A DNA stretch of 47,814 nt from an uncultured Clostridia bacterium. Its GTDB lineage: Bacteria; Bacillota; Clostridia; Christensenellales; UBA3700. The DNA lies in contig CAMWNK010000005.1 in the NCBI GenBank assembly GCA_947175555.1, positions 1 through 47,814 of the forward strand, read 5' to 3'. The position numbers were made by a program, and so were the translations under genes. The notes below the pieces were generated by a model, which was given only the letters and a program-made list of their open reading frames with translations, searched no databases and was not told the DNA's origin. Positions 30,464 to 40,586 of this stretch are shown here, in pieces. How positions within the stretch are numbered: position 1 is the first letter of the stretch; each line of letters opens with the position of its first letter.

Positions 30464-31717
30464 ATGAACAAATTGGTAGGAGCTTGTATGTTCGGACAGT
30501 CGGGAGGTCCCACTTCCGTTATCAACTCGTCCGCCGCAGGCGTGTTTATCGAGGCGATGAAGCACGATTGCATTACCGAGATTTACGGAGCAGCTCACGG
30601 TATCAGAGGTATACTCGAAGAGGAGTTTTACGATATCCGTAAGGAAGATGAGAAGGAGCTTATGTTGCTCAAGAATACGCCTTCTTCCGCGCTCGGCTCT
30701 GTACGCTATAAGCTCAAGGCAGCAAATGTAGACGAGACCGACTACAAGAGACTGCTTGAGGTATTCAAGAAGTACAATATCCGTTATTTCTTCTACAACG
30801 GCGGCAACGACTCTATGGACACTTGCAATAAGGTGAGCAAGTATCTGCAAAAGAGCGGCTACGAGTGCAAGGTCATGGGCGTGCCCAAGACCATAGACAA
30901 CGACCTCGACGTTACCGACCATTGCCCCGGATACGGCAGCGCAGCTAAGTACGTGGCTACCACTATGATGGAACTCAAGCTCGACGCCAACGTCTACGAT
31001 ACTCCCATGATTACCGTGGTGGAGATAATGGGCAGACACGCAGGCTGGCTTACGGCGGCTTCCGCGCTCGCTTCTTATAAGGGATTAGGTCCCGACCTCA
31101 TCTATTTGCCCGAGGTTGCTTTCGATACGGACAAGTTCATTAAGGATGTGGACAAGGTCATGAAGAATAACGGCGGCAAGTGCATGGTAGCGGTATCAGA
31201 GGGTATTTCCGACGCGGCAGGCACGCTTATCGCAGAAAAGCTCGGCACCAACCTTGCTAAAGACAGCTTCGGACATGCTCAGCTCGGCGGCGTAGGCGCT
31301 ATGCTTTCCAATATGTGCAAGGATAAGTTCGGCTGCAAGACGAGAGCTATCGAGTTCAGCCTTATGCAGAGATGCGGAGCGCATCTTGCATCCAAGACGG
31401 ACGTTGAAGAGGCGTTTAAGGCAGGCGCAACCGCAGTCAAGTACGCAGTGCGCGGTACTACCGATAAGATGGTATTCTTCAAGAGAGAGAGCAAGAACGG
31501 CAAGTACGTGTGCAAGATGGGTGTAATGAGCGTTGCTAAGGCAGCTAATACCGAGAAGAAAGTGCCCATGGAGTGGATTATCAACGACGGCACTATGCTC
31601 TCTAAAGAGTATGTGGATTACGCTATGCCCCTTATTCAGGGCGATTGCAAGGCTCCCTTGGAGGACGGACTTCCCAGATTTGCCCGTCTTAAAAAGGTGC
31701 TTGTCAATAAGAAGTAA
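30464..31717 (+). CDS. pfp: pyrophosphate-dependent 6-phosphofructokinase
   Basis: QSGGPTSVIN, GGNDS (Asp) and PKTIDND (Lys) are the PPi-type signature. Confidence 0.85.
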   Translation: MNKLVGACMFGQSGGPTSVINSSAAGVFIEAMKHDCITEIYGAAHGIRGILEEEFYDIRKEDEKELMLLKNTPSSALGSVRYKLKAANVDETDYKRLLEVFKKYNIRYFFYNGGNDSMDTCNKVSKYLQKSGYECKVMGVPKTIDNDLDVTDHCPGYGSAAKYVATTMMELKLDANVYDTPMITVVEIMGRHAGWLTAASALASYKGLGPDLIYLPEVAFDTDKFIKDVDKVMKNNGGKCMVAVSEGISDAAGTLIAEKLGTNLAKDSFGHAQLGGVGAMLSNMCKDKFGCKTRAIEFSLMQRCGAHLASKTDVEEAFKAGATAVKYAVRGTTDKMVFFKRESKNGKYVCKMGVMSVAKAANTEKKVPMEWIINDGTMLSKEYVDYAMPLIQGDCKAPLEDGLPRFARLKKVLVNKK

Positions 31718-31734
31718 TTTATTGATTATAGGCG

Positions 31735-31762
31735 AGGGCGCGGATAATTCCGCGCCTTTTTT
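31735..31762 (+). terminator. intrinsic terminator after pfp
   Basis: GGCGCGGA-TAAT-TCCGCGCC followed by T6. Confidence 0.8.
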
Positions 31763-31784
31763 ACTTCCAATTATTTACTCGGTA

Positions 31785-31813
31785 TTGACATTTCGCGCGC
31801 GTGGATATACAAT
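31785..31813 (+). promoter_or_regulatory. sigma-A promoter of the GtrA-L12 fusion gene
   Basis: TTGACA-N17-TACAAT. Confidence 0.75.
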
Positions 31814-31839
31814 ATAATTATTGTGCGGGGAGGTCGATT

Positions 31840-32709
31840 ATGGAAGAGCAGGTTAAGGAAAAGGGCGAGAAGTTAAAGAAGGTCAAGCAATTCTTCGCCA
31901 CTCATGAGAATATAAGGCAGATAGTTTTATTTACACTTTTTTCACTTATATGTTTTGCTATCGAATATATTTCTTTCACGGTATTGCAGTTATGCCTTAA
32001 GTCGTATAACGAGCCGCTCGATTGGTTTTTGTTCCACTATTCGCAGTCAGGCGGCGGAAAGGGCGCCTTTGTAGCATTCTTGGTATCCAACATATTGGCA
32101 CAGGCAGCTACATTCGTGCTCAATCGTAAGAAGACATTTAAGGCTACCAACAACGTTGTTATATCGGGCATCATGTTTGCAATAGTAATAATTGCAATTA
32201 TCATCCTCAACACCTATCTCGGCGGAGTAATCGGCGACGCGGCGTCCAAGTCTATGATTAATTCGGGCACAAGCGCAGAGACTGCGGAGGTCGTAAGCGG
32301 CTATGCAGGTAAACTCGTCGGCTCGGGCGTGGCGTGGGTATTGAGCTTCCTCGGCAATAAGTTCCTCGTAATGCGCAACTGGGGCGGTAAGAAAAAGCAA
32401 GAGGACGCAGAAGTGCTTGACGTCGAGCCCAATGAGGCACAGTTGCAGACGGCTGCTTGCGACGCATTGGCGGAGAGCGCGGCTACAGAGGCATGCGGCA
32501 GCCTTTTCAGCGTAGTAATGAAGTCGGCAGGCAATAATAAACTCGACGTAATCAAAGCTGTGCGCGCGGCTATCGACGAGGACCTTGCTAAGGTGAAGGA
32601 CATGATTGACAATCTCCCCGCAGTCATCGCGCAAGGACTGAATAAGACGGAGGCAGAGAGTATGGCTAGGCCGCTCACTGCAATCGGCGCGGAAATAGAA
32701 ATAGTGTAG
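31840..32709 (+). CDS. GtrA-like 4-TM membrane protein fused to a ribosomal protein L7/L12 C-terminal-like domain
   Basis: RQIVLFTLFSLICFAIEY, FVLNRKKTFK, SFLGNKFLV (GtrA pattern); last 67 aa FSVVMKSAGNNKLDVIKAVR...GLNKTEAE...IGAEIEIV align by eye to the L12 CTD; RBS GGAGGT before 31840. Confidence 0.8.
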   Translation: MEEQVKEKGEKLKKVKQFFATHENIRQIVLFTLFSLICFAIEYISFTVLQLCLKSYNEPLDWFLFHYSQSGGGKGAFVAFLVSNILAQAATFVLNRKKTFKATNNVVISGIMFAIVIIAIIILNTYLGGVIGDAASKSMINSGTSAETAEVVSGYAGKLVGSGVAWVLSFLGNKFLVMRNWGGKKKQEDAEVLDVEPNEAQLQTAACDALAESAATEACGSLFSVVMKSAGNNKLDVIKAVRAAIDEDLAKVKDMIDNLPAVIAQGLNKTEAESMARPLTAIGAEIEIV

Positions 32710-32731
32710 ATGGATTTTACCGATTAGTATT

Positions 32732-32760
32732 AAGGAGCGATATTATCGCTCCTTTTTTTT
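32732..32760 (+). terminator. intrinsic terminator
   Basis: AAGGAGCGAT-ATT-ATCGCTCCTT followed by a T run. Confidence 0.8.
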
Positions 32761-32827
32761 CTATCAAAGTTTGCGCTTGGTTTGACTATTACCTATCTTG
32801 ATGTGTTGTAAGTAGTCTATCGTTTAT

Positions 32828-34234
32828 TTAACTGTTAGCGACAATTATGTTCTTTCCGTCTGAGAAGGGTATATCGTTAAACAATCTTATTGTATCCGAC
32901 GCATCTCTTTTGTTTACTATAGCTATCGATAATTCTCCCAATGTATACGGGGCTGTAAATTTCAGCTGCGAAAATTGAGTGAGCTCACTGCAATCGTGAG
33001 AGAGTATAGGCGTAACCTCTGCGCCGTCGACATACAATTTTATTTCGTATCCGTGCGGGGCGGCAAAGCCGAAATTGGTAATCATAAAAGTCGCCTTGCC
33101 GTCTTCTATTTCCAAATTGGACGCTACGAGCTGATAGCCGAGATGATATTTCAAATAGTCGAATACGCTGATTTTTCCGCTGCTGAGGAGCGCGGGATTG
33201 TAAGGGAAGCGGTTTTCCTTTAAGATATCTTCCGTCAAATACAGGCTTTGCCACTTTTTAAGATGATATTCGCCCTCTTCCGTATAGTTATGCGCAATAG
33301 AGAAGCTCGTAAAGCCGTAGTCGACGCACGTCCTTATGCAGCCAATCATGTCGATATCGAGATTGGCTCTGCCCCAAGGCATCTCTCCGTCGGTTACGGA
33401 GTGCTTGCACTTGTTGACTACTGCGCCATAATAGGGACTGTCAGTCTGTATCGCCACCCAAGGATCGTTATAGCCTATTACGTAATCTTCGTGCAAAGAA
33501 AAGCGGCTTTCTATCTCGGACGGCACCTCGCTGAGCATTTCGGGTGTTCTGACCATTATAGGCGTATTCTCGGGTATCATGTCGGCTACGGCGCGTATGA
33601 CCTTGCTCACGTTATGGCGGTGCGCGCTTCCGTGTCCCTCTCCCCACAATCCTATCATGCCGAGCTGCGCGGCATAAACTGTGCGGTTGAATAAGCCGAG
33701 ATTGTCTTGGAAGAATACCTTTAGCTGCGAGCAATGACGCTCGATATCCTTTGTGCGAGGTCCTATCTTTTGCCCCTCGGTAGTTTCGTAAGCAAAGCGC
33801 AGCAATATCTTTATGCCCTTGCTCTCTATCAGCTCAAGGTAGTCTTTAAGCTGATTGAGCGCGGAGTCGGGGATATCCGTATTGTAATACTCTATCAGAT
33901 ATACGTATACTTGCATTATCTTTATGCCGTCGGGCTCAAGACGACGCAATTCGTATTCCAGCTTGCTTATATAAGATTCGCCGCTGTCGGGGTACGCTTC
34001 GTCGCGTCCTAAGGTGATATACGTTTCTCCCCTAAAGCCTCGGCAGTGATTGTCGCTATGAGCGTTAGCGGGCGATATGAGCGGAATTGACGAGTCGAGT
34101 TCATAACGAAATTCCGTATCGGTAGCGGGATAGTCCTTGATGTTGAGAGCGTGAGTGCACGCGCCCAGTAAAGAGCATAGGACAGTAGCCGACGCGATCA
34201 ATATTGTTAGAGGAATAAGGATTATTTTTTTCAT
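32828..34234 (-). CDS. DUF4874/DUF4832-like lipoprotein, possible glycoside hydrolase fold
   Basis: Signal peptide with LLGAC lipobox; ILLRFAY, GMIGLWGEGH, DGEMPW, HLGYQL. Confidence 0.65.
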   Translation of the reverse strand: MKKIILIPLTILIASATVLCSLLGACTHALNIKDYPATDTEFRYELDSSIPLISPANAHSDNHCRGFRGETYITLGRDEAYPDSGESYISKLEYELRRLEPDGIKIMQVYVYLIEYYNTDIPDSALNQLKDYLELIESKGIKILLRFAYETTEGQKIGPRTKDIERHCSQLKVFFQDNLGLFNRTVYAAQLGMIGLWGEGHGSAHRHNVSKVIRAVADMIPENTPIMVRTPEMLSEVPSEIESRFSLHEDYVIGYNDPWVAIQTDSPYYGAVVNKCKHSVTDGEMPWGRANLDIDMIGCIRTCVDYGFTSFSIAHNYTEEGEYHLKKWQSLYLTEDILKENRFPYNPALLSSGKISVFDYLKYHLGYQLVASNLEIEDGKATFMITNFGFAAPHGYEIKLYVDGAEVTPILSHDCSELTQFSQLKFTAPYTLGELSIAIVNKRDASDTIRLFNDIPFSDGKNIIVANS

Positions 34235-34259
34235 GGTTTGATATAAATTGTTTTTGTAA

Positions 34260-34288
34260 AGTATAGCATGTCTTTATGTTTGTGTCAA
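34260..34288 (-). promoter_or_regulatory. sigma-A promoter of the DUF4874-like gene
   Basis: TTGACA-N17-TATACT with extended TG on the minus strand. Confidence 0.7.
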
Positions 34289-34446
34289 TGTCGCCCTGCG
34301 GCTGCGTATTGACCTTGGACAATTAATACCCCTTATAATATTGCAATAATAGACGAGAAGTTATATGATAATAGAGTATTGACGCGAGTGCATTTGATAA
34401 TAATGGCATTAGCAAGCAAGTCCGCCTACCTGACAAGGAGTACAGC

Positions 34447-34935
34447 ATGAGTGAACCTACCGCAAATAACGGATATCGTATAAATGTTAAAGGCAAAGCC
34501 GACTTTAATATCAAAGTAGACGGCAAGAAGTTTAATCCTCGCAAAGATTACGTTGCTAAGGGCGAGCATACTATTGAAGTTACCAACAAGCTCTATCTTA
34601 CCGAGTGGTACGGCATTTTTATGGTAATATTGGATTTCCTCTTCGGGATTTTGGCAAGCGAATTCGGCGAGATGTTCGTCAAGCAAGGCTACGTTAGGTA
34701 TAATGCAAGAGTTGTCGGTCTTATCGATAGCGACGTATTACTCGATTTCGACGGCGAAAAGTTGGAGTTGGTCGGATGCGATAGCCTTTGTGTGGAGAGC
34801 GAGAGCAGGGAGGAATATCCTCGTCTTAAAAAGGTGTTAAAAAAATACGGCTTAATCTGCCGTATAGTTTTGCTTGTATTGTTTGCGGCTATGATAATAG
34901 CCATTATCGCGCTGTATGCGGTTTTACACAAATAA
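34447..34935 (+). CDS. hypothetical membrane protein
   Basis: RBS AAGGAG; two hydrophobic segments, one of them C-terminal. Confidence 0.7.
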   Translation: MSEPTANNGYRINVKGKADFNIKVDGKKFNPRKDYVAKGEHTIEVTNKLYLTEWYGIFMVILDFLFGILASEFGEMFVKQGYVRYNARVVGLIDSDVLLDFDGEKLELVGCDSLCVESESREEYPRLKKVLKKYGLICRIVLLVLFAAMIIAIIALYAVLHK

Positions 34936-36405
34936 GTCTTTGGATGCAAATTCGGGCTCGCACGTAATGTGAATGCCCAACTTGCGCAATACGCTCATGT
35001 CCGTATCGTTAAGTATGCAGGAGCCGTGCGCCTCCACACCGCGCAATTTGGTCAGCTGATTCATCGCAGCTTGCGCCATAGGATTGGTGGCTGCGCATAT
35101 GCTAAGCGCAGTGAGCACGTCGTAAAGATTGAGCTTGTCCCTATCGGCGCAGAATATCTCTTTTTTCAGTTTAGTAATAGGCTCGAGCACTATAGGTAAG
35201 AGCAGCAGCATCTCGTCGTCTATCTTGGCAAGCGCCTTGATAGCGTTGAGTATGCACGCCGAGCACGCCGTCATAAGTCTTGTCGTGCGTCCCGTAATTA
35301 TCCTTCCGTCGTTTAATTCGAGCGCGACAGCCGATTGCTTTGATTTTGCCGACTTTTCCAGCGCGGCTTTGACTACCTTGCGGCTGTCTATGGATATTTT
35401 TTGCTCGTTCATGAGCAACTGTATGCGCTGCACGGCTTCCGTATCGCTCAATCCCTGTTTATAATCGCACGCCGCCTTATAGTATCTTCTTATTATCTCT
35501 TGGCGAGCGGCTTCGCTTACCGCCTCGTCGTCGATAATTCCGAAACCTACCATATTTACGCCCATATCCGTAGGTGAGCGGTAGAGACTTTCGTCTCCGG
35601 TAATCTTGGTCAGAATAGATTTAACTATGGGGAAGCACTCTATATCTCTGTTGTAGTTGACGGAGCACTTGTCGTACGCTTCCATATGATAGGGGTCTAT
35701 CATGTTGACGTCTCCAAGGTCTGCGGTTGCTGCCTCGTAAGCGATATTTACGGGATGCTTGAGGGGGAGATTCCATACGGGGAAGGTCTCGAATTTAGCA
35801 TATCCCGCCTTTACGCCGCGCTTGTATTCGTGATACAACTGCGACAGGCAAGTAGCGAGCTTCCCGCTCCCGGGACCGGGGGCTGTAATTACTACTAAAG
35901 GTCGGGTGGTTTCGATATACGGATTGGCTCCGTAACCCTCGTCGCTTACGATAGTATCCACGTCAGTAGGGTAGCCCTTGGTCTTGCGGTGGATGTACGT
36001 CTTTTCGCCTCTGCGCTCCAGTTTCTTGCGGAATACGTCGGCGGCAGGCTGATCGTTGTACTGAGTAATCACCACGCTGTTGACGCTAAGTCCCAGTTTA
36101 CGTATCTTATCTATAAGGCGGAGCACGTCCATGTCGTAGGTGATGCCCCAGTCGGCTCTTATCTTGTTGCGCTCTATATCTATTGCGCTTATTACGAATA
36201 CTATCTCCGTCTTATCGCTGAGCTTGCGAAGTATATTGATTTTTGCATTGTGCTCAAACCCGGGCAATACTCGCGACGCGTGCATATCGTCGAAAAGTTT
36301 TCCGCCGAATTCGAGGTAAAGTTTATTATTGAATTTGTCTATTCTTTCGAGAATTTTTTCCGTCTGAAGCGAGGTGTATAATTCGCAATCAAATCCCTTT
36401 TTCAT
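34924..36405 (-). CDS. DUF1846 / UPF0371 family protein
   Basis: [32 protein letters not shown]-loop, [19 protein letters not shown]. Confidence 0.92.
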   Translation of the reverse strand: MKKGFDCELYTSLQTEKILERIDKFNNKLYLEFGGKLFDDMHASRVLPGFEHNAKINILRKLSDKTEIVFVISAIDIERNKIRADWGITYDMDVLRLIDKIRKLGLSVNSVVITQYNDQPAADVFRKKLERRGEKTYIHRKTKGYPTDVDTIVSDEGYGANPYIETTRPLVVITAPGPGSGKLATCLSQLYHEYKRGVKAGYAKFETFPVWNLPLKHPVNIAYEAATADLGDVNMIDPYHMEAYDKCSVNYNRDIECFPIVKSILTKITGDESLYRSPTDMGVNMVGFGIIDDEAVSEAARQEIIRRYYKAACDYKQGLSDTEAVQRIQLLMNEQKISIDSRKVVKAALEKSAKSKQSAVALELNDGRIITGRTTRLMTACSACILNAIKALAKIDDEMLLLLPIVLEPITKLKKEIFCADRDKLNLYDVLTALSICAATNPMAQAAMNQLTKLRGVEAHGSCILNDTDMSVLRKLGIHITCEPEFASKDLFV

Positions 36406-36704
36406 GTTATTTCGTTCCTATTCTACTTATATTGACAGTATACCACACGCTTCGACTTCTTTACAAGAAAATAATCCGCAATCTAAAGGACAAAGATATT
36501 CTTTTTTTTATCATCTGCTATCAGTAATCGGCAATCCTTCGATACTCGGGGAGCGGATAAATCGGAGCGTTGGTAGACATAAGCGGCGTATCTTAATATA
36601 AATGTAATATTTAAGAGACTGCGCGATTATAATGCTTAATAATAATGGTTAAAGATTGAAAATATATGTTATAATATATGACGATATCGATTGGCGGGGT
36701 AAAT

Positions 36705-38003
36705 ATGGCTGAATTAATCGACGTAGCTCAAGCTCTCGAACTTGTAAAAAGCGGCTGTCATATAATAGCTTCCATGGGCGCGGTAGAGCCTCAGGATTTT
36801 TTGGGCTCGTTGCATACCGTTGCAGGAAGAGTCAAGGACGTTACGATAACCAACTGTCTGCCGTTGCTCAGTTACAAGTATTCGGACGCCGAATATAAGG
36901 GCAGCTTCTTTTGCGAAAGCCTGTTTTATTCGCCCGTAATGCGTAGAGCGCACGAGGTGGGCAATTCCTCTTATATCCCCAATCATCTGCATCAGTGCGG
37001 CGTAAAGCGCAATTTTTACCGCAACGCCGATATTTTCGTGGGCGCGGCGTCATTGCCCGATAAGCACGGATACGTCTCGCTGTCTTTAAGCAATATTTAC
37101 GAAAAGCGCAGTATAGAGGGCGCATCCATAGTCATACTCGAGGTCAATCCCAACGTGCCGCGTACGTTCGGCGACGTGGAAATCAACTTAAAAGACGTCG
37201 ACTATATCATAAACAGCAATTATACGCTTCCCACACTGCCGTCTGTGGAATGCACGGATAAAGATATGGTTATCGGACGCATGATAGCAGAGCGTATCGA
37301 CGACGGGGACTGCATACAGCTGGGCATAGGCGGTATCCCCAACGCCGTCGCAAAGAGTCTTATCGGCAAGAAAGATCTCGGTGTGCACACTGAGATGCTT
37401 ACTACCGGCATTATGGACCTTGCCAAGGCAGGCGTAATAACGGGCAAGCATAAGCAGATACATAAGGACAGGATAGTTACGTCCTTTATCATGGGCAATA
37501 AGGAGCTGTACGACTTTGTAGACGACAATCCGTCCATTAGAGTATTCGATTGCAATTACGTCAACGATCCCGACGTGATAGCGCGCAACGACAATCAGGT
37601 ATCCATCAATACCACAATGGAAGTGGACCTTACGGGACAGTGCTGCTCGGAGGCGATAGGTTCGGTGCAGTACAGCGGCACGGGCGGACAATCGGATACC
37701 GTAATCGGAGCGCAAAAGTCGAGAGGCGGACGCTCGTTCATCGCCTTATATTCTACAGCTAACGTACGCAACAGCGCTACGGGAGAGCGGGAGGAGACGT
37801 CTAAGATAGTCGGCAGCCTTAAGGCGGGCGCGGCGGTGTCTTTGTCTCGCAACGATGTCGAGTACGTAGTTACCGAATACGGTACGGTATGCCTCAAAGG
37901 CGCAAGTATCAGAGAGCGCGCCAAGATGCTCATATCCGTAGCTCATCCCAAGTTCAGAGAAGAGCTTACCTCCGAAGCGTATAAGTTGGGATTGCTAACT
38001 TAA
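36705..38003 (+). CDS. acetyl-CoA hydrolase/transferase family (4-hydroxybutyrate CoA-transferase-like)
   Basis: IQLGIGGIPNAV, HTEM catalytic Glu, SGTGGQ, YVVTEYG, AHPKFREEL; start set at 36705. Confidence 0.9.
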   Translation: MAELIDVAQALELVKSGCHIIASMGAVEPQDFLGSLHTVAGRVKDVTITNCLPLLSYKYSDAEYKGSFFCESLFYSPVMRRAHEVGNSSYIPNHLHQCGVKRNFYRNADIFVGAASLPDKHGYVSLSLSNIYEKRSIEGASIVILEVNPNVPRTFGDVEINLKDVDYIINSNYTLPTLPSVECTDKDMVIGRMIAERIDDGDCIQLGIGGIPNAVAKSLIGKKDLGVHTEMLTTGIMDLAKAGVITGKHKQIHKDRIVTSFIMGNKELYDFVDDNPSIRVFDCNYVNDPDVIARNDNQVSINTTMEVDLTGQCCSEAIGSVQYSGTGGQSDTVIGAQKSRGGRSFIALYSTANVRNSATGEREETSKIVGSLKAGAAVSLSRNDVEYVVTEYGTVCLKGASIRERAKMLISVAHPKFREELTSEAYKLGLLT

Positions 38004-38406
38004 TATGGGTATAGTAAATCCTCTAAACTGATATATTTGCGGCTGTAAGTCGAGAGCGCGCTGCGCATTTAGTCTTGATATATAACGGCGCGCATATGCG
38101 CATTAGGCAATAGATTAGACGCGTAAACCGTCCGTTTAGCAGTATAATTGCTTACTTGCTGTAGAGGTTGATAAGTTAATCTTGACTAACTCGCTACGCA
38201 CGCGGCGATAAGCGAGTTAAATTTTGTAAATTCGTCATTTTATTTGAAAATGTATTTATTTTTGCCCATTGTTATGATAGAATATAATATGCGCATTAGA
38301 CAGGATTATAAGTCTGCGTCCGCAGGTTATGCCGTAAGCGGCAGGAGCAGTTCTTACCGTCCTTTTCTTTTGTATAATAGACGTTAATTTTTTCGGGAGG
38401 AGAAAT

Positions 38407-38778
38407 ATGAAGAGTATCGCCGATATACAGGCAATAAGGGATAATATGGCCAAGCACATATTTATCCGCGACAACAAAGACGACCACGTAGAGACGCGTA
38501 TTATCGTCGGCATGGACGATTGCGGCATAGCCGCGGGAGCGGACAAGGTGTTCGACGCGCTTATAGAGGACGTGGCGTCGCGCGGTATCAAGAATACGAG
38601 AGTATACCGCAGCGGATGTATGGGCAGGTGCGATTTGGAGCCTACGGTGGAAGTATGTGTGCCGGGACAACCCAAGGTTACATACGTCAAGGTCGACGTC
38701 GCAAAAGCAGCCGAGATAGTCGATAAGCACATCGTCGGCGGCAATCCCGTTAAGGCTTATACGGCGGATAACGCTTAA
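38407..38778 (+). CDS. thioredoxin-like [2Fe-2S] ferredoxin subunit of the hydrogenase (HndB/HydD-like)
   Basis: VGMDDCGIAAGA, SGCMGRCDLEPTVEV, KVTY; RBS GGAGG. Confidence 0.85.
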   Translation: MKSIADIQAIRDNMAKHIFIRDNKDDHVETRIIVGMDDCGIAAGADKVFDALIEDVASRGIKNTRVYRSGCMGRCDLEPTVEVCVPGQPKVTYVKVDVAKAAEIVDKHIVGGNPVKAYTADNA

Positions 38779-38797
38779 AGGAGAAGGGAGATATATT

Positions 38798-40582
38798 ATG
38801 TATAAAAGTCATGTATTGGTATGCGGCGGAACGGGATGTACGTCCAATAACAGCCGTAAAATCAGAGAAGAACTCAAAAAGCAGCTTGGCGAAAATAATC
38901 TTCAAGACACCGTACAGATAGTAGAGACAGGATGTTTCGGTCTGTGCGCCAGCGGTCCCGTCGTCATCGTTTATCCCGAGGCGGCGTTTTACTCCAACGT
39001 TAAGGTGGACGACGTAACCGATATCGTACAGCAGCATCTTATCAGAGGTAAGCTCGTAGAGAGACTGTTGCACAAGGAAAGAGCGGGAGAGCCTCCCGTC
39101 AAGTCTTTGACCGATACCGAGTTTTACAGACGTCAGACGAGAGTTGCGCTGCGCAACTGCGGCGTAATCAATCCCGAGAACATTGACGAGTATATCGCTT
39201 TCGACGGTTATCAGGCTTTAATCAAGTGCCTTACCGAGTATTCTCCTCAGGAAGTTATCGATATTATCAAGCAGTCGGGACTGCGCGGCAGAGGCGGCGC
39301 GGGATTCCCCACAGGTATGAAATGGCAGTTTGTACATAACGCTCAAAGCGATGTCAAGTATGTATGCTGCAACGCCGACGAGGGCGATCCCGGTGCGTTC
39401 ATGGACAGGTCTGTCTTGGAAGGCGATCCTCACGCGGTACTCGAGGCTATGGCAATAGCTGCTTACGCAGTAGGCGGAACGCAAGGTTACATATACGTCC
39501 GCGCGGAGTATCCTATCGCGGTCGAGCGTTGTAAGATAGCGCTGGCTCAGGCAAGAGAATACGGATTGCTGGGTAAAAATATACTGGGTACCGACTTTAG
39601 CTTCGATATAGATATACGTCTCGGCGCGGGCGCGTTCGTCTGCGGAGAGGAGACGGCTCTTATGGTATCTGTAGAGGGCAATCGCGGCGAGCCGCGTCCC
39701 CGTCCTCCTTTCCCTGCCAACAAGGGATTGTTCGGCAAGCCTACTTTGCTCAACAACGTGGAGACGTACGCCAATATTACTCAGATTATTACCAAGGGCG
39801 CAGATTGGTTCGCGTCCATGGGTACGGATAAGTCCAAGGGTACTAAGGTATTCGCTTTGGGCGGTAAGATAGTCAATACGGGACTTGTGGAAGTGCCTAT
39901 GGGTACGACTTTGAGAGAGATTGTCTACGATATAGGCGGAGGTATCCCCAACGGCAAGCAATTCAAGGCTGCGCAGACGGGCGGTCCCAGCGGCGGCTGT
40001 ATTCCTCCTCAGCACCTCGATATACCTATCGATTACGATAAACTTATCGAGATAGGCTCGATGATGGGCTCGGGCGGTCTTATCGTAATGGACGAGGACA
40101 CCTGTATGGTCGATATAGCCAAGTTCTTCCTTGAGTTCACCGTCGACGAGTCGTGCGGTAAGTGCACGCCCTGCCGTATAGGTACTAAGCGCCTGCTGGA
40201 GATGTTGGATAAGGTTACCAACGGTACGGCAACGCTCGAGGACCTCGATAAGATGGAGAAGCTGTGTTATTACATCAAGGACAACGCGCTGTGCGGATTG
40301 GGACAGACAGCGCCCAACCCCGTGCTTTCCACGCTCAAGTATTTCCGTCATGAATACGAGACGCATATCAAGGAAAAGAAGTGTCCCGCTCACGTATGCA
40401 AGAAGTTGGTTACATATACTATTACCGACGCGTGCAAGGGCTGTACGCTGTGCAAGCGCAACTGTCCTGTCGGCGCAATCGACGGCAATGTGAGAGAAAA
40501 GCACGTCATCAACCGCGATAAGTGTATCAAGTGCGGCGCTTGCCTTGACGGATGTAAATTCAAGGCGATTGTTAAGGAGTAA
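38798..40582 (+). CDS. hydB: [FeFe]-hydrogenase diaphorase subunit (NuoF-like, HydB/HndC)
   Basis: GLRGRGGAGFP, NADEGDPGAFMDR, CGEETAL, GGPSGG, ESCGKCTPCR, C-terminal 2x[4Fe-4S]. Confidence 0.95.
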   Translation: MYKSHVLVCGGTGCTSNNSRKIREELKKQLGENNLQDTVQIVETGCFGLCASGPVVIVYPEAAFYSNVKVDDVTDIVQQHLIRGKLVERLLHKERAGEPPVKSLTDTEFYRRQTRVALRNCGVINPENIDEYIAFDGYQALIKCLTEYSPQEVIDIIKQSGLRGRGGAGFPTGMKWQFVHNAQSDVKYVCCNADEGDPGAFMDRSVLEGDPHAVLEAMAIAAYAVGGTQGYIYVRAEYPIAVERCKIALAQAREYGLLGKNILGTDFSFDIDIRLGAGAFVCGEETALMVSVEGNRGEPRPRPPFPANKGLFGKPTLLNNVETYANITQIITKGADWFASMGTDKSKGTKVFALGGKIVNTGLVEVPMGTTLREIVYDIGGGIPNGKQFKAAQTGGPSGGCIPPQHLDIPIDYDKLIEIGSMMGSGGLIVMDEDTCMVDIAKFFLEFTVDESCGKCTPCRIGTKRLLEMLDKVTNGTATLEDLDKMEKLCYYIKDNALCGLGQTAPNPVLSTLKYFRHEYETHIKEKKCPAHVCKKLVTYTITDACKGCTLCKRNCPVGAIDGNVREKHVINRDKCIKCGACLDGCKFKAIVKE

Positions 40583-40586
40583 GATT

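Noticed and set aside
36640-38290. Rex operators upstream of the CoA-transferase and the hydrogenase
   Set aside because: Best matches have four or more mismatches to TTGTTAANNNNTTAACAA in AT-rich DNA
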